From the NCBI RefSeq assembly GCF_006345805.1, contig NC_043003.1, positions 59,954,001 through 60,018,000 of the forward strand: a DNA stretch of 64,000 bases, written 5' to 3'. The notes under the pieces were generated by a model, which did no database searches, was not told where the DNA came from, and was given only the letters and a program-made list of their open reading frames with translations. Positions within the stretch are counted from its first letter, which is position 1, and each line of letters starts with the position of its first letter. Source of the DNA: Octopus sinensis. Taxonomy: Eukaryota. The position numbers and the translations under genes were made by a program. Of this stretch, positions 26,903 through 39,450 are shown one piece after another.

Positions 26903-27365
26903 CATTGTCGTTATCATTATTACTACTACTTATTTGTATGGTTGTGGTGTAAACATATTCAGTTGAGGTATGGTTATATATAATTTAGCATTTAGTAAAT
27001 TTCCTTCATTTTGTGAGTTTAAATTTCACTGATGTGTACATGCAGTTCATCCGTCTATGAATGATGAACGTTACTCAGTTTATTTGACTGTCCTCTAACC
27101 TACATCATCACAGATATGTGGACAAGTACCATTGTCAGTAACTATCAGTGGATGTGCAGAGTCATTAGATCGTAGGCTTTGGTGTGTTTATTTACGGCTT
27201 TTTACGTACTGAGTTCAAAATCTGCTCAGGTCAACTCTAACTGTTGTCCTTCCTATGTTCGAGAAATAATATTCCTGTGAAGTCCTAGACTTAGTTTAAT
27301 CAATTAACTTCTACAAAATGTGTGGCATTCAGCTTAATAATAGAATTTACTATTGCTTTCAAAGC

Positions 27366-27540
27366 TTGACACAAGGCTAGCAATTTTGGGAGATTGTAAG
27401 TCGATTATGTCGACCCTAGGGTTCAACTCCTACGTGTTTTATCGACCCCGAAAGGATAAAAGGCAAAGTCGACCCTGACAGCATTTGAGCTCAGAACGCA
27501 AAACTGGAAGAAAATTCGCTAGGCATTTTCTGCCGCCTAA
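27366..27540 (-). mobile_element. Family B SINE
   Basis: Reverse complement: aggcggcagaaaatgcctagcg...cgttctgagctcaaatg...gggtcgactttgccttttatcctttcggggtcgataaaa...aaaattgctagccttgtgtcaa. Confidence 0.8.
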
Positions 27541-27567
27541 ATGGAAGACAATATTCTGAATAGTAGT

Positions 27568-27780
27568 AAGGAGGTAAGCTAGCACATTCATTAGCACATC
27601 GGGCAAAATGCGTAGAGGCATTTGGTCCTTCACATTGTGAGTTCAATTTCTGTTGTTGTCCATTTTGCCCTTCATCCCTTCGCGGTCGAAGAAATAAGTA
27701 CCAGTTGTACACTAGGGTCAATGTAATCGACTAGTCCCTCCCCTAAAGATTGCTGGCGTTATGTTGAAATTTGAAACCAA
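27568..27780 (+). mobile_element. Family B SINE (head-to-head with the 27366-27540 copy)
   Basis: aaggaggtaagctagcacattcattagcacatcgggcaaaatgc...ggtcgaagaaataagtaccagttg...taatcgact...attgctggcg...aaatttgaaacc. Confidence 0.8.
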
Positions 27781-30354
27781 TATTCTACGTAAAAGTAAAG
27801 TGGCTGTCAGATTCGTTAGAGTGTCGGACAAAAAGTCTTACTGCAGTTATATACGGCATCTTGAATTTAGGGTTAAATTTCTATCTGCTCACAGTTTTTC
27901 ACTGGGGTCAATATGATAAATTTTCTCCCCAATTTTTGGGTGATGTTTTATTCGACTTTATCCTGCTCATCAAATTCATGACTTTGTCTAATAGCTACTC
28001 ATAATAGCTATGATTTTCAACCAGCAGAATTGTATTAAACCACTATTTGTAATGAAATTTAAGAGATGCTTTGGATAGTATAAACAAGATACTAAATGCT
28101 TTGTAGTGTTTAGTTTCGTGTTTTTTGATCCAGTGTTTGTTATATTCTGACAGGAACATCTTCGTCTTCTTTAGGAGACATGAAAATATTTACCAGCATA
28201 TTTCTGCACATAGTTCCTTTGTATATAGTCTCTACAAGGATCAGTCTTCCTTACAATAGAGAATACATAGCGTTAAAGTAGTTAAAATTATGGTCAACTA
28301 AACATGTATATAATAAGAGAATATGGTCTTTAGGTCTGGTCATTGAAATTTCAATGAATCTCCTTTCAGATGCTGTTGGCATTCCTGAGCCAATGTACTA
28401 AAAAAGTACAAATGCCATCACATAGATTCTGTGTACCATACTGTATTATATTCAACTGTAGTAAATATGTGGTAAGGCGTCTTGAATGAAGATCATATTG
28501 GTCTAGGATGATGGTGAAAACATAATGATGATATGTAATTAGTATTTTCACCATGTGGCGAGAGTAAATAATGAAAAATAGGTTCTATTAAGTCTTTGCC
28601 TTCGATTGCGTCTATACTAAATGCGCATTTTACATAAATGACTTGCTCTTGGGTTGAAAATATATGGACTCCATTATCATTATTCATTAATTATTCGACT
28701 GAATTTGCAAATATTACCGGGGGTGATTTGGTCTTTTATTCCTCTGGGATTTGATTAAATGAGTACCAGTAATATACAAAGGTAAGTTTAAGTCACCATC
28801 TCCCTAGAAAATGAGTAACGTAACAATGTTAAAATTTATAGTATAATTTAATTAATCAGGGCATTTTATTATGAAGAAGTTATTTTTCATTACATATATA
28901 CATTCTTTTACATCGCTTACATTTGTATATATATATATATGCAAATATGCATTTGTGTGGATGTGTATGTGTGGTAATTTGAGGCACATGAGCCTTATTA
29001 GATACAAATAAATTCGTTTAATCAAGGTAACTAATTAGATATTAGTTGGGGCCTATTAGAAATGATAAAAAAATAATGGAAGCAATAAATCTTGAATATA
29101 CAAATCTAAAGGAAATATGTATATATGTACCTTACTACTCTCTGTAAGGCACATATACCAATATTCTGAAATGCCGTAACTACAGTGCTTCTATCCCATT
29201 TAAATCTATATCATTTTTTGATATAAATTTGTATTTTCTTATTTAAACTAATAGAGAAATCTCAAACTTTATGTTATGAATATGTGAGAAACTAATATTA
29301 TTAAAATTATTATTATTACTATATATTATTATAATAATTATCGTTATGATTATTCTTATTAATATTATTATTATCTTCATTATTAAAATTATTATTATTC
29401 CATATATATATATATTACTCTAGTGAAGAGAATTGAGTGCTTAAAAGTAGCTTTATATCTCTGTTGGAACCATCTCTTCTATTTTTCTAATGGTCTTGGC
29501 AGAGTTATACACTTCACAACTTCCTATTTTCTTCCTCCAGATATATATTCTGAGGTTCCATGGCTATGTAAGTAATCACTATTAACACTCTTACGTGTAA
29601 TAGTTATTTAATTTTTCGATAGGGAAACGAATGCACCCTATTCACTTGCCTTCAGCATATTACTGGTACTTAAATTTATGGTCAGAGTGAAAGGAAAGAT
29701 TCGTTCGATGTCAGTAGAATTTTAATAATACATTTTATTTAACTTCATTTTTACGTAGTTGATATGCTTATTGTATTAATTATACTGCATACACTTTGTA
29801 ATATTCAGAGAAAGGATACTTGTTACTGTATTGAATAATAAATCGACTGATATATGTTGAGCCCAGATTTGCATCAAACAATGATTAGACCTATTGTATT
29901 TAGGGCCTGAAGTTATTAAGTCGTATGATATTCAGGTCTCTCCTAAGACCATCAGCAATGTGAGTAAATTTATTACTCCTGCATATCGAATATAAACATA
30001 TCGCCAGGAAGTTCTCACTTATGATATAGCTCTCGCTATTTCGTATTATATATAAATTCTATTATGTACAATGCCATCTCTGAGCAACAGAGTGAAATCG
30101 AGATCCATATTCAATGTATGGAATTAGTATTATAGACAGACATGTTATGTACAGTTTGTGTATTTCTAATATTACTCACAAAACAGTGTACAAACTGCTA
30201 AATATGCAACATTATCCTGCAGTATTCATAATTTCATATTTTATCTAAACGGTATACCATCATATATCTGAAACATTTATTTCTATGTATTTGTGTTTAT
30301 ATATAAATATATATGTGTATGAGTGTTTGAGTATGTGTGATGTATTACCTAAAG

Positions 30355-30518
<164 letters not shown>

Positions 30519-30524
30519 CATTTT

Positions 30525-30756
30525 AAGGCGGCGATGCGGCGCAATAGTTTAATACGGCATATCTAAGTAGAAATTTTCGAGAAAATTCCTTGCAGTATTT
30601 GAACTGATCCCTCACGTTCTGGGTTCAATTCCTGCCACTTCGGTTTCCTTATTCCAGAGCGAATTTAAAGTACCAATACATTCCTGGATACGATGGAATC
30701 GACTAACCTTCAGCCCCACTCCTCAAACTGCTGGCCATATTCCTAAATTAGAAACA
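30525..30756 (+). mobile_element. Diverged family B SINE directly downstream of a (TTA)n array
   Basis: Starts aaggcggcg. Contains cacgttctgggttcaattcc, aaagtaccaat, gaatcgactaac and aaactgctggcc. Confidence 0.65.
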
Positions 30757-30980
30757 GTCATCATAATCGTATTTTTTCTTCCAATATCACACAAAAGCTT
30801 TTCAGTTATCATTTATATAATATTGTGTGGGAAAGCAAAATTACCAATTACTGTTCAAATTTATGGTTAAAATTCCAAGAAAATGAGCGCAAAATTTGGA
30901 GGTGACGTGACACACCTAACCCCCTACCCTGTTGCAATATGTATTTTGGTTTAATACGGCATCTCTAAGTAGAAATTTTC
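30547..30980 (+). repeat. 32-bp direct repeat pair (30547-30578 and 30949-30980)
   Basis: GTTTAATACGGCATATCTAAGTAGAAATTTTC vs GTTTAATACGGCATCTCTAAGTAGAAATTTTC, 31/32 identical, 370 bp apart. Confidence 0.95.
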
Positions 30981-31075
30981 ACTTATACAGAAACCACAGT
31001 ATCGTATTTTCAGTAATGTACATATGTTAAGTATAAGAAATAGGTGAAGTTATACATACATGCATGTACATATAT

Positions 31076-31171
<96 letters not shown>

Positions 31172-31208
31172 GTATGTATATATGTATATATATATATACA
31201 TGTATGTA

Positions 31209-31255
<47 letters not shown>

Positions 31256-31941
31256 ATGTATGTATGTATGTATGTATGTATGTATGTATGTATGTATGTG
31301 TGTATGTATATAATATACGTGTGACTGAACAGACGAAAAAAGGGCAGTGAACACATTTAGTGGGAGTTACATGTATCATTTCGTACAGTTTTATCCGGCT
31401 CCATGCGACTTAAAGTTTCGCGGGCCTCTAACAGAAGTCTGTCTTTTTCAGCCTCCAGTCTTGGGAATATACATAATTTGGGGTTGGTTTGCTGGTTGAT
31501 AAATAGTTGTGATTTTCTTGTTACTCTTCATTTACGTATCCAAGTGCTAGTTGGTTACCCCAAATTAATATATAGGAAGAGTGAAGAACTACCCAGGGAC
31601 TCTCTATACTTGAACACTTAACAGTAAAATCAGAACTGACATAGTTGATGGGACCAGCCAAAATTATTTTTGAATTAAGTAAATTAACAATCTTTAGTAA
31701 TCATGTGAAAATTCCTTTTACTATGAGTGGCTAAGGTTAGAAAAATGGACAAGGGAGACAACTTCAAAATATTAATTAATCAAAATTATCGTATCCAGTG
31801 GGAGGCTGAGAGAGATCTATTATTAGTATATGTCCTTTAAATACTGTATGTTACGCTACGTTTTATTAAATGTGTATGTTTGTATGTATTATTTGTTTAT
31901 ATTATACGTTTACCTGTAAATTGTCTTAATTGTACTGTTTC

Positions 31942-32029
<88 letters not shown>

Positions 32030-32330
32030 GTTATTATTATTATTATTGCTATTATTACTAGTACTATTGTTGCTGTTGTTGTTATTGTTGATGTTACTGA
32101 AGTGTTTTATGCGAACTTTTCTAAGTCTCACCCAGAGACTTCAAGTGACAGCAAGGTGGACGTCTTACTATGGGTGATATTCATGTTGAGCAATGCTATA
32201 TTGTAGAAAAAGAAGTTCAGATTCTAAAAAATAAGATTCCGCTCAATTTATGAAAATTTTAAGTTTGAAAAATTTTAAGAGAATTAAATATTCTCAGGTT
32301 GACTGTATTTCTTAGGAGGTAGTCAGTGCC

Positions 32331-32456
<126 letters not shown>

Positions 32457-34423
32457 AATCATCATCTTTATAATTTGTTTCCATGTTTTGTCGAGTGTCT
32501 TCCCAAAACCTAGCTTAATATTGATTACTTTATAAACTCGCTAGTTTAATTTTCAATAATAAAGGACCAGAAGAATTCGCTGAACTTGTACGAATTTTCA
32601 AAGGAAGTCATAGTGGAAATGGTGGTGTAACTACCAAAAACTGCTGCTTTCGTATCATTATTGTAATGAAATCTCGATCTGAGTTGGAAATGTTTACTTG
32701 AAGTGTCTAAAAAACCTATCAGATTCCTTGAAATTTACACAGTGGCCTCTATTATCGATTCCGTGAGTGATAGCGGATATTTATATCAACCGGTGCACAA
32801 ATAGGTTCAATTCCGCAGCAGATAGGGCTGCATATATTTTCGTCATCTGATTCAAAGCGAGTACACAGTACACGTAAACTTACATCAGCCGATGGTATAG
32901 GGTTACTGTAACCTTTTTTGTATATTTTACTCAGCAAGACTAAAACAGTATGTTTGTTAAAAAGAGGTTTACTTTCCATTACAAATATCGATCTCCTGCA
33001 CTCCCATCTGTCATTTTCTATGGAGATATATTATTGATAACTTTAATCTCTTATCTTGTGAAAGTACTTACTTCAAATGGAATTATGAATGTGTAGGCAT
33101 AAGATGCATACAGAAAATTAGAAAGAGAGAACGTTTATTTAGAGTAACACATTCATTAGCATTTCAACATTGATGGCTGATTGAACGATATTGGGAATAG
33201 CAGATTAAGGTAATACAGAAGGACCGTGTTGGAGCAGGGCGGATTGATAATATATGCAGTAATGGTAACGGGGGTGGCGGATTGATGGTAGACACCGGTA
33301 TCATGTTGTTGGTTGGTTGGTGAGGTGACAGCATATATCGAGGTGATGCTAGTAGTGATGACGTGGAATGATGGCAGATATTGTGATCTCGGTGTTGGTA
33401 GTGGGAGATCAGCAATATTTGCTTTAAAAAAAGCAGTAGAGAGTTTATGGCATATGGAGTGATAGTATAGACGGATTAATAGAAGATAGAATAACATAAC
33501 AGAGGTAATGGGTTGACAGTATATGCACTAAAGGTGGTGATAGTGGTAGTGGTGGTGGTAGTTTGATGACAGATACAGCGATGGCGGTGATGGTGGTGAA
33601 GACAGCGGTGGTGGTGTAGTCGTAGAAGATGGTTGATGGCAGATACAGTATGAGAGCATTGACGGTAGCGATGTTTAGCAGTTAACTATAAAGTTTAAAA
33701 AATAAAAATAAAATATATGCTTATTAAAATGTCGACTTAATCACCTCTAACTCACTAACGTTCGAGAAATGTTAGGTTCGAAAGCCATAACTGGAATTTT
33801 GCGGTTAATCCGGTTGGGTGATCAAGCAAAATGGCTGATCTGTGATCACCTGTAAGCTTTATTAAAATGCCAGGCTGTAAGAAGCATGCAGTATAGTCAT
33901 ACAGCCATTCATACATCTAGACTGTGGTCAAACCTTACAGTGCTCAGCAGTAGAAGTGCCTAAGTAGCCAAATTATTAGTTCTTCACTGAATTGCTGAGA
34001 GAGAAGGCTAATAAAGGTTTTTAAGGTTGAAATCGAATAAAGGAGAGGCGTGTCTGGAGATATGTTATGGAGAAAAGGGGAAAGAGAAAAGACGGGGAGA
34101 CACATACAGAAAGGAGAGGGAATAAAAATAAAACAAATATAATAATGCTGGTGAAGTATACTATGAAATCATGCGAGCTGGGAAAGCAAGCGAGTTGAGG
34201 AAGGGGTGAGAGAAAGAGGAGTAAATATATTTGGTTGGGAAATAAGAAAACTGAAAGTGTATACAGGAGCCATTATTCTTCATGCTTGACCAATCTAATT
34301 GAGAAGCACTTGCTCACTTGCTTACAGAAAATAAATGGCTGTTTTAAACCATTTGCTTCGGTAGTCAACATAGATCTTTTTAATGAAAATAGTGTTTTTT
34401 TAAATGCTATTCTTTATCAGAAT

Positions 34424-34531
<108 letters not shown>

Positions 34532-35536
34532 GAAACGTTTTTGTTATACGCTTAAGTTTTGTTGTAAATGGTATGTATACGTTGGTATATATATATTTCA
34601 TTTCATTCAAATAATTCGTTATCATTCAACTAGAATTGAACTTTAAACATGCACTCCATCACAAATGCATGGCGACGCATAAGAGGTTTATCTGTTTATT
34701 TCTTATTTTTAAAGTGAAGGAACAAATCAAAATGTTATTGATGTGATAGTCAGTAATGATATATAAATTCTTCTGTTTTCCTACCTACCGATAATACACA
34801 CACATGCACACACGCACACACGCACACACGCACACAAACGTATTGAAAGAAGGAGCTAAAAAATAACTCAGATTGTCCAGTGGCATGAACAACATCGGTA
34901 AATACAGTTGCGTCAAAAACAACATAGCCTAAATTCTTGTTTTATTAAGATTATTCCCTGCCTTAGCGGGTGTGCAATAATTACCAAATGGTAAATGTTA
35001 GCAGTTCCATATGAGAAAGGAGGGTGATTTTTGGAATCAGGAATTCTCCGATGTTGACATGCCATAAGCAAAAAGACATGCTTATTAACCGGAGTGAAAA
35101 TAACGCCCATGGACACGTATTCCTGCCTCATCAGGCGTCATCAGTGTGACAATTGCTCGAAGGCAAAGAATATAGAGATATATAAAAAGAGTAGATCTCA
35201 CTTAAAACCCAGATAATTTGCATCATTTAAACATAAACGTGTTTAGAGAAATAGCTCGGAGTGGCCAGTGATTTCATATATGAACAGTATTGACAAATAC
35301 ACATATATCAAATGCCAAACAACAAATCTGTGACCAGCTCCATATGACAAGGTGGTTGTACCTCAACATGTTCTCAGTACAACAGACAGAAATAGTCCGA
35401 ATTTTGCTCTATTTCTTTCTGAAGAACTATGGACATTAGGGGAAAACACTAGAGTAACTAGCTAACACATCACACCAAGTAAACAATTACATTTTATCAT
35501 GTCATTGGGTACTTATTTTCCAGTTCATTAACGACG

Positions 35537-35567
<31 letters not shown>

Positions 35568-35646
35568 CACACTACATAAAACATAGATGTTTTAATATCA
35601 TGAAAAGTATAATAATAATATTAATGATTATTATTATTATTATTAA

Positions 35647-35704
<58 letters not shown>

Positions 35705-35769
35705 ATTATTATCATCATTGCATCTGATTTAAGCAGAAGGACAGATATTTTCAAAGGAGAGATTAATTG

Positions 35770-35934
35770 ATAGCATTTATCCTAGTACCTGAATAGTACT
35801 TTATTTTTTCGATCTTTGTATCATGGAAGACACGGTTTACCTAGCAAGGATTAGAACTTATAATGCAATGAACCTGAGAAAATATCCGGATATAATTTTT
35901 CCGGCGCTCCATAGTTTCTGCCAGCTTGCACTCT
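35770..35934 (-). mobile_element. Diverged family B SINE whose head abuts the (TAA)n array preceding the Dong element
   Basis: Reverse complement starts aagagtgcaagctggcagaaactatggagcgccggaaaa and contains gatcgaaaaaataaagtacta. Confidence 0.6.
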
Positions 35935-35945
35935 TAATAATAATG

Positions 35946-36006
<61 letters not shown>

Positions 36007-36021
36007 TAGTAATAATAATAT

Positions 36022-36432
36022 GATCGTGTAATCGAACACCGTCAGCCGGATATAGTCATATTGAATAAGAGAGACAAATACTGTCAGGTCACTGATGTAG
36101 CCATACTAAATGAAATGAATGTTGTGAATAAAGAGGTTGAAAAAGTCATCAAGTACTCCGAATTGAAATTGGAAATGGCAAGACTGAATGGAATGCGAGA
36201 GGGTAATGTAAAAGTGATACCAGAGGTGATCGGAGCGTTGGGTTCAATCCCATTGAAACTTCAAAACTTCTTAAGGCAACTGGAAATCCCATGCAAGATT
36301 GATGCCTTGCAAAAAGCAGCCTTATTGGGCACAGCACACATCTTAAAGAAAGTATTACTTGCCTGAGGTCCTAGTTGTGACTTGACAGATGACTAAAGAC
36401 TCCGGTGCATTTTTACCTACACTGTGTTACGA

Positions 36433-36434
<2 letters not shown>
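36022..36434 (+). mobile_element. 5'-truncated R4/Dong-clade non-LTR retrotransposon (restriction-like endonuclease C-terminus plus 3' UTR)
   Basis: Open frame 36022-36366: DRVIEHRQPDIVILNKRDKYCQVTDVA...KEVEKVIKYSEL...VKVIPEVIGALGSI...LQKAALLGTAHILKKVL. This has the PD..D..K RLE motif and the LLGTAHIL terminus typical of R4/Dong-like elements. About 68 nt of 3' UTR. Flanked on both sides by (TAA)n (35935-36018 and 36435-36515). Confidence 0.88.
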
Positions 36435-36517
<83 letters not shown>

Positions 36518-37190
36518 TGACGACGACGGCGACGATGATGATGATATTTCGTTTAATCAAGTTTAGTTAAAAGCAGGTTACTACAATACTCCCTGATGCA
36601 ATTACACTTAAGGAAATTCTAATTTTCAAATCTTTATCTCGGATCAAGTCACCCCAAAAATACATATACACGCATACACCATCCACCATCTTTCGCATTG
36701 TTTTCAACTTCCATTGTTTTACTTCCTTTTATTTCAACCTTTCATCTCTTTTACCTCGCTTTCTTCGTTTCTTCTTTTTCTTATCACCTCTCTAATATTT
36801 GACCTTTCATCTTTTTTCATCATTTTTAATGTTTGTTTCCATTTTTTAAATTTGATTTCTCTTTATTCTCCTGCTTCTTCCATTTCGTTTTCTTTATTTC
36901 TTCGTCTCACCTCTCGTCATCTTCTCCACCCAGTTCAATCACCTCTGATAAGATACCTTGACTAACTTCACAACCTTGTACCGTCCGTCACCTATTTATC
37001 TTACATCACCTCCTACTCTACACCCCCCCCCCTTTTATACTTCACACTCTTTCACCTCTTCCTCGTCCTTCTCCTCCTGCTGCTGGTACTTCTGTTCATT
37101 CTGTAGACACCATTAAATCGAGTAAATTACTAGCGTTCACCATATTTCCGCTCTGTCTGTCTCCTTCTCTCTCTTTCTCTTTGTGTCTAG

Positions 37191-37202
37191 GTGTAGATGA
37201 AG
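37191..37202 (+). CDS. Candidate 12-nt AP-2 microexon (GTGTAGATGAAG; xVDEx in phase 1)
   Basis: About 40-nt polypyrimidine tract and TAG acceptor at 37188-37190, AAG|GTGGGT donor, and only phase 1 is stop-free, which matches the phase of the 54233 acceptor. No transcript evidence. Confidence 0.35.
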
Positions 37203-38093
37203 GTGGGTGCATGGCGGTGCCAGCTTTGGTATCCATCCATATGTCACCAAACCTGATTCCTTTTTTAGCCACACCCGAAAAGAAAAAAAAAATTTTCCCC
37301 GATTTATTATATTTCCTAACACGTCTCTGTCGTCATCACACATGTTATAATAGTACTAACTGCACGGCATCTGCCTCTCTTTCTCTACCATCCTGTCTCA
37401 GTCTCGCTCTATTTTTCTCTCTCATTCTTCCGAGCTCTGATGGTGATAACCAGTGCCATCTGGAGCATATGCCCTGGGGTTAGTAAATCCTAAGCCTTCC
37501 CTTTTTCTCTCCATTCTCAGATTTTAAGTTTGAGACTGCCTGCCTGATAGCCTGCCTGCTTGTCTTGCCTAGACTTCTAGCCTGAAAGCTGGCCTACCAG
37601 CCTACCTGGCTGCCAGCCTGCCGGCATGTTTGTCTGTCTGTCTGACTGCCTGCCGGGCTTTGCCTGGCGTTGATGTCCTTGATGGCCTGTCTGTCTGGCT
37701 GTCTGCTTGCCTTGCTGTGATGCTGCGGTTCTCTCGACTTACTTCGCTTTCGGTCTCAGCAACTACTTTTATATATACTGAGCGAGAATGTGCCTTCTTC
37801 ACCGTTCCTGCCTGTATCTCTGGTGCTACAGCATGCAGGAATGAAGTGTGAATATTGGATATGTTGCCACTCACAGACACACACACACACACACACACAC
37901 ACGTACGCTCGCATGCACACACACACACACACACACATACACATATACACACTCACTCAAAAACCTCCACACAAGCATCGCAGTCACACACGCATACACG
38001 CTCAAACACACATACATAATTAGCTCAGCTATCATCCCTTCTGGGCCTTGTTAACGCACGTTATCCTTCTTCTACTCCTTCTACTCCTTCTAC

Positions 38094-38158
<65 letters not shown>

Positions 38159-38685
38159 TTCTTCTTCTTCTTTACCTCCTTCTCCATCCTCTTCTATCTC
38201 TTTTTCTTCTCCCCCTCCTCCTCTTACAACTCCTCCCCGACGTTACTTATTCTTCATTTCCTTTTCTATGTCTTTTACACCTTCAGGTCTTTCGCTTCCA
38301 AACCCCCTAGAAACCAGCACAGCCCCAATTCCCATCAATCTCTCTTTCTATAGACGCCCACACTCACACACCCACACCACAACCACAACCCACATCATCC
38401 TACACATACCCCACAGCACAACCACAATCCACACTAATGACTCTGAATAATAGACATTGCTTGCTCTATATAATTCCATTTGTTCTCACATCAATAATTT
38501 TCAGCCCTAGTCATTTCCCTGACATTTTCTTCCATTGCTGCTTATACATTACATACACAGGTACTTCTATGCACACACACACACACGCACAGAGAGAGAG
38601 AGAGAGAGAGAAAGAGAGCAAAAGGGTAAGAAAGAAAAAGAGAGGGAGAAGACGTTTTGATACTGGATTCGTGTTAGGTGTGTGA

Positions 38686-38724
<39 letters not shown>

Positions 38725-39171
38725 GGAACTCATCCTCTTTGGATGTCATTTATTCTATCTTAATCAACTGTCTCTTCTCTGCATTCATATAACGAACACT
38801 AACATCGTCTCGTAATTGACATACATAAACACATACACATACATATGTATTCGTATGTATATGTTCATATATGTATTTCTGAATGTAATATGTAGATATG
38901 TATATACTTACACATGTAAGAATAGTGATAAGGTGAGGGGAAACAATACATGTAAATTATTGGCGGATGAAATGATGTTTCAGTTGTCAGCTGGAGAAGA
39001 GATTTTATAAGTGCCTGACAAATTATTTTATCTCTGATCGTGTTTTGAAACTGATACAATTACATCATGGAATGCTCATTGATAGATATTTTTGTATCAA
39101 TCGCACATATCGTTATGTTCCATTTTGGCTTACAATGCGATAATATATAAATATATTCAAATATTACACAG

Positions 39172-39331
39172 GCTGCAAGGCCAGGAATTTCGCTTTGCAA
39201 ACATGCAGTTTCGGAATCATTTCCACTGAGCGACGCTGGGCTAGTCTCTTCTACGATAGCCTCGGGTCGACCAATGGTTTTTAAGTGAATTTGATACGTG
39301 GAAACTGTGGAAGACAGTTATATATAATATA

Positions 39332-39363
<32 letters not shown>

Positions 39364-39450
39364 ATTTGATTTTGTGTTCCTCTCTGGTTTGTTTACGTCC
39401 ACGTGCATTAGCGGTTCGGCTAAGAAAACTGCTAGAATAAGTACCAGGCA
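39172..39450 (+). mobile_element. Diverged family A SINE
   Basis: Contains tcttctacgatagcctcgggtcgaccaa, ggaaactgtggaag and ttagcggttcggctaag..tagaataagtaccagg, matching the 19087 and 50495 copies. Confidence 0.65.

Noticed and set aside
28511-28554. 10-bp inverted repeat (ATGGTGAAAA/TTTTCACCAT) as a pre-miRNA
   Set aside because: Hairpin is only ~44 nt with a short stem; chance-level in AT-rich DNA.
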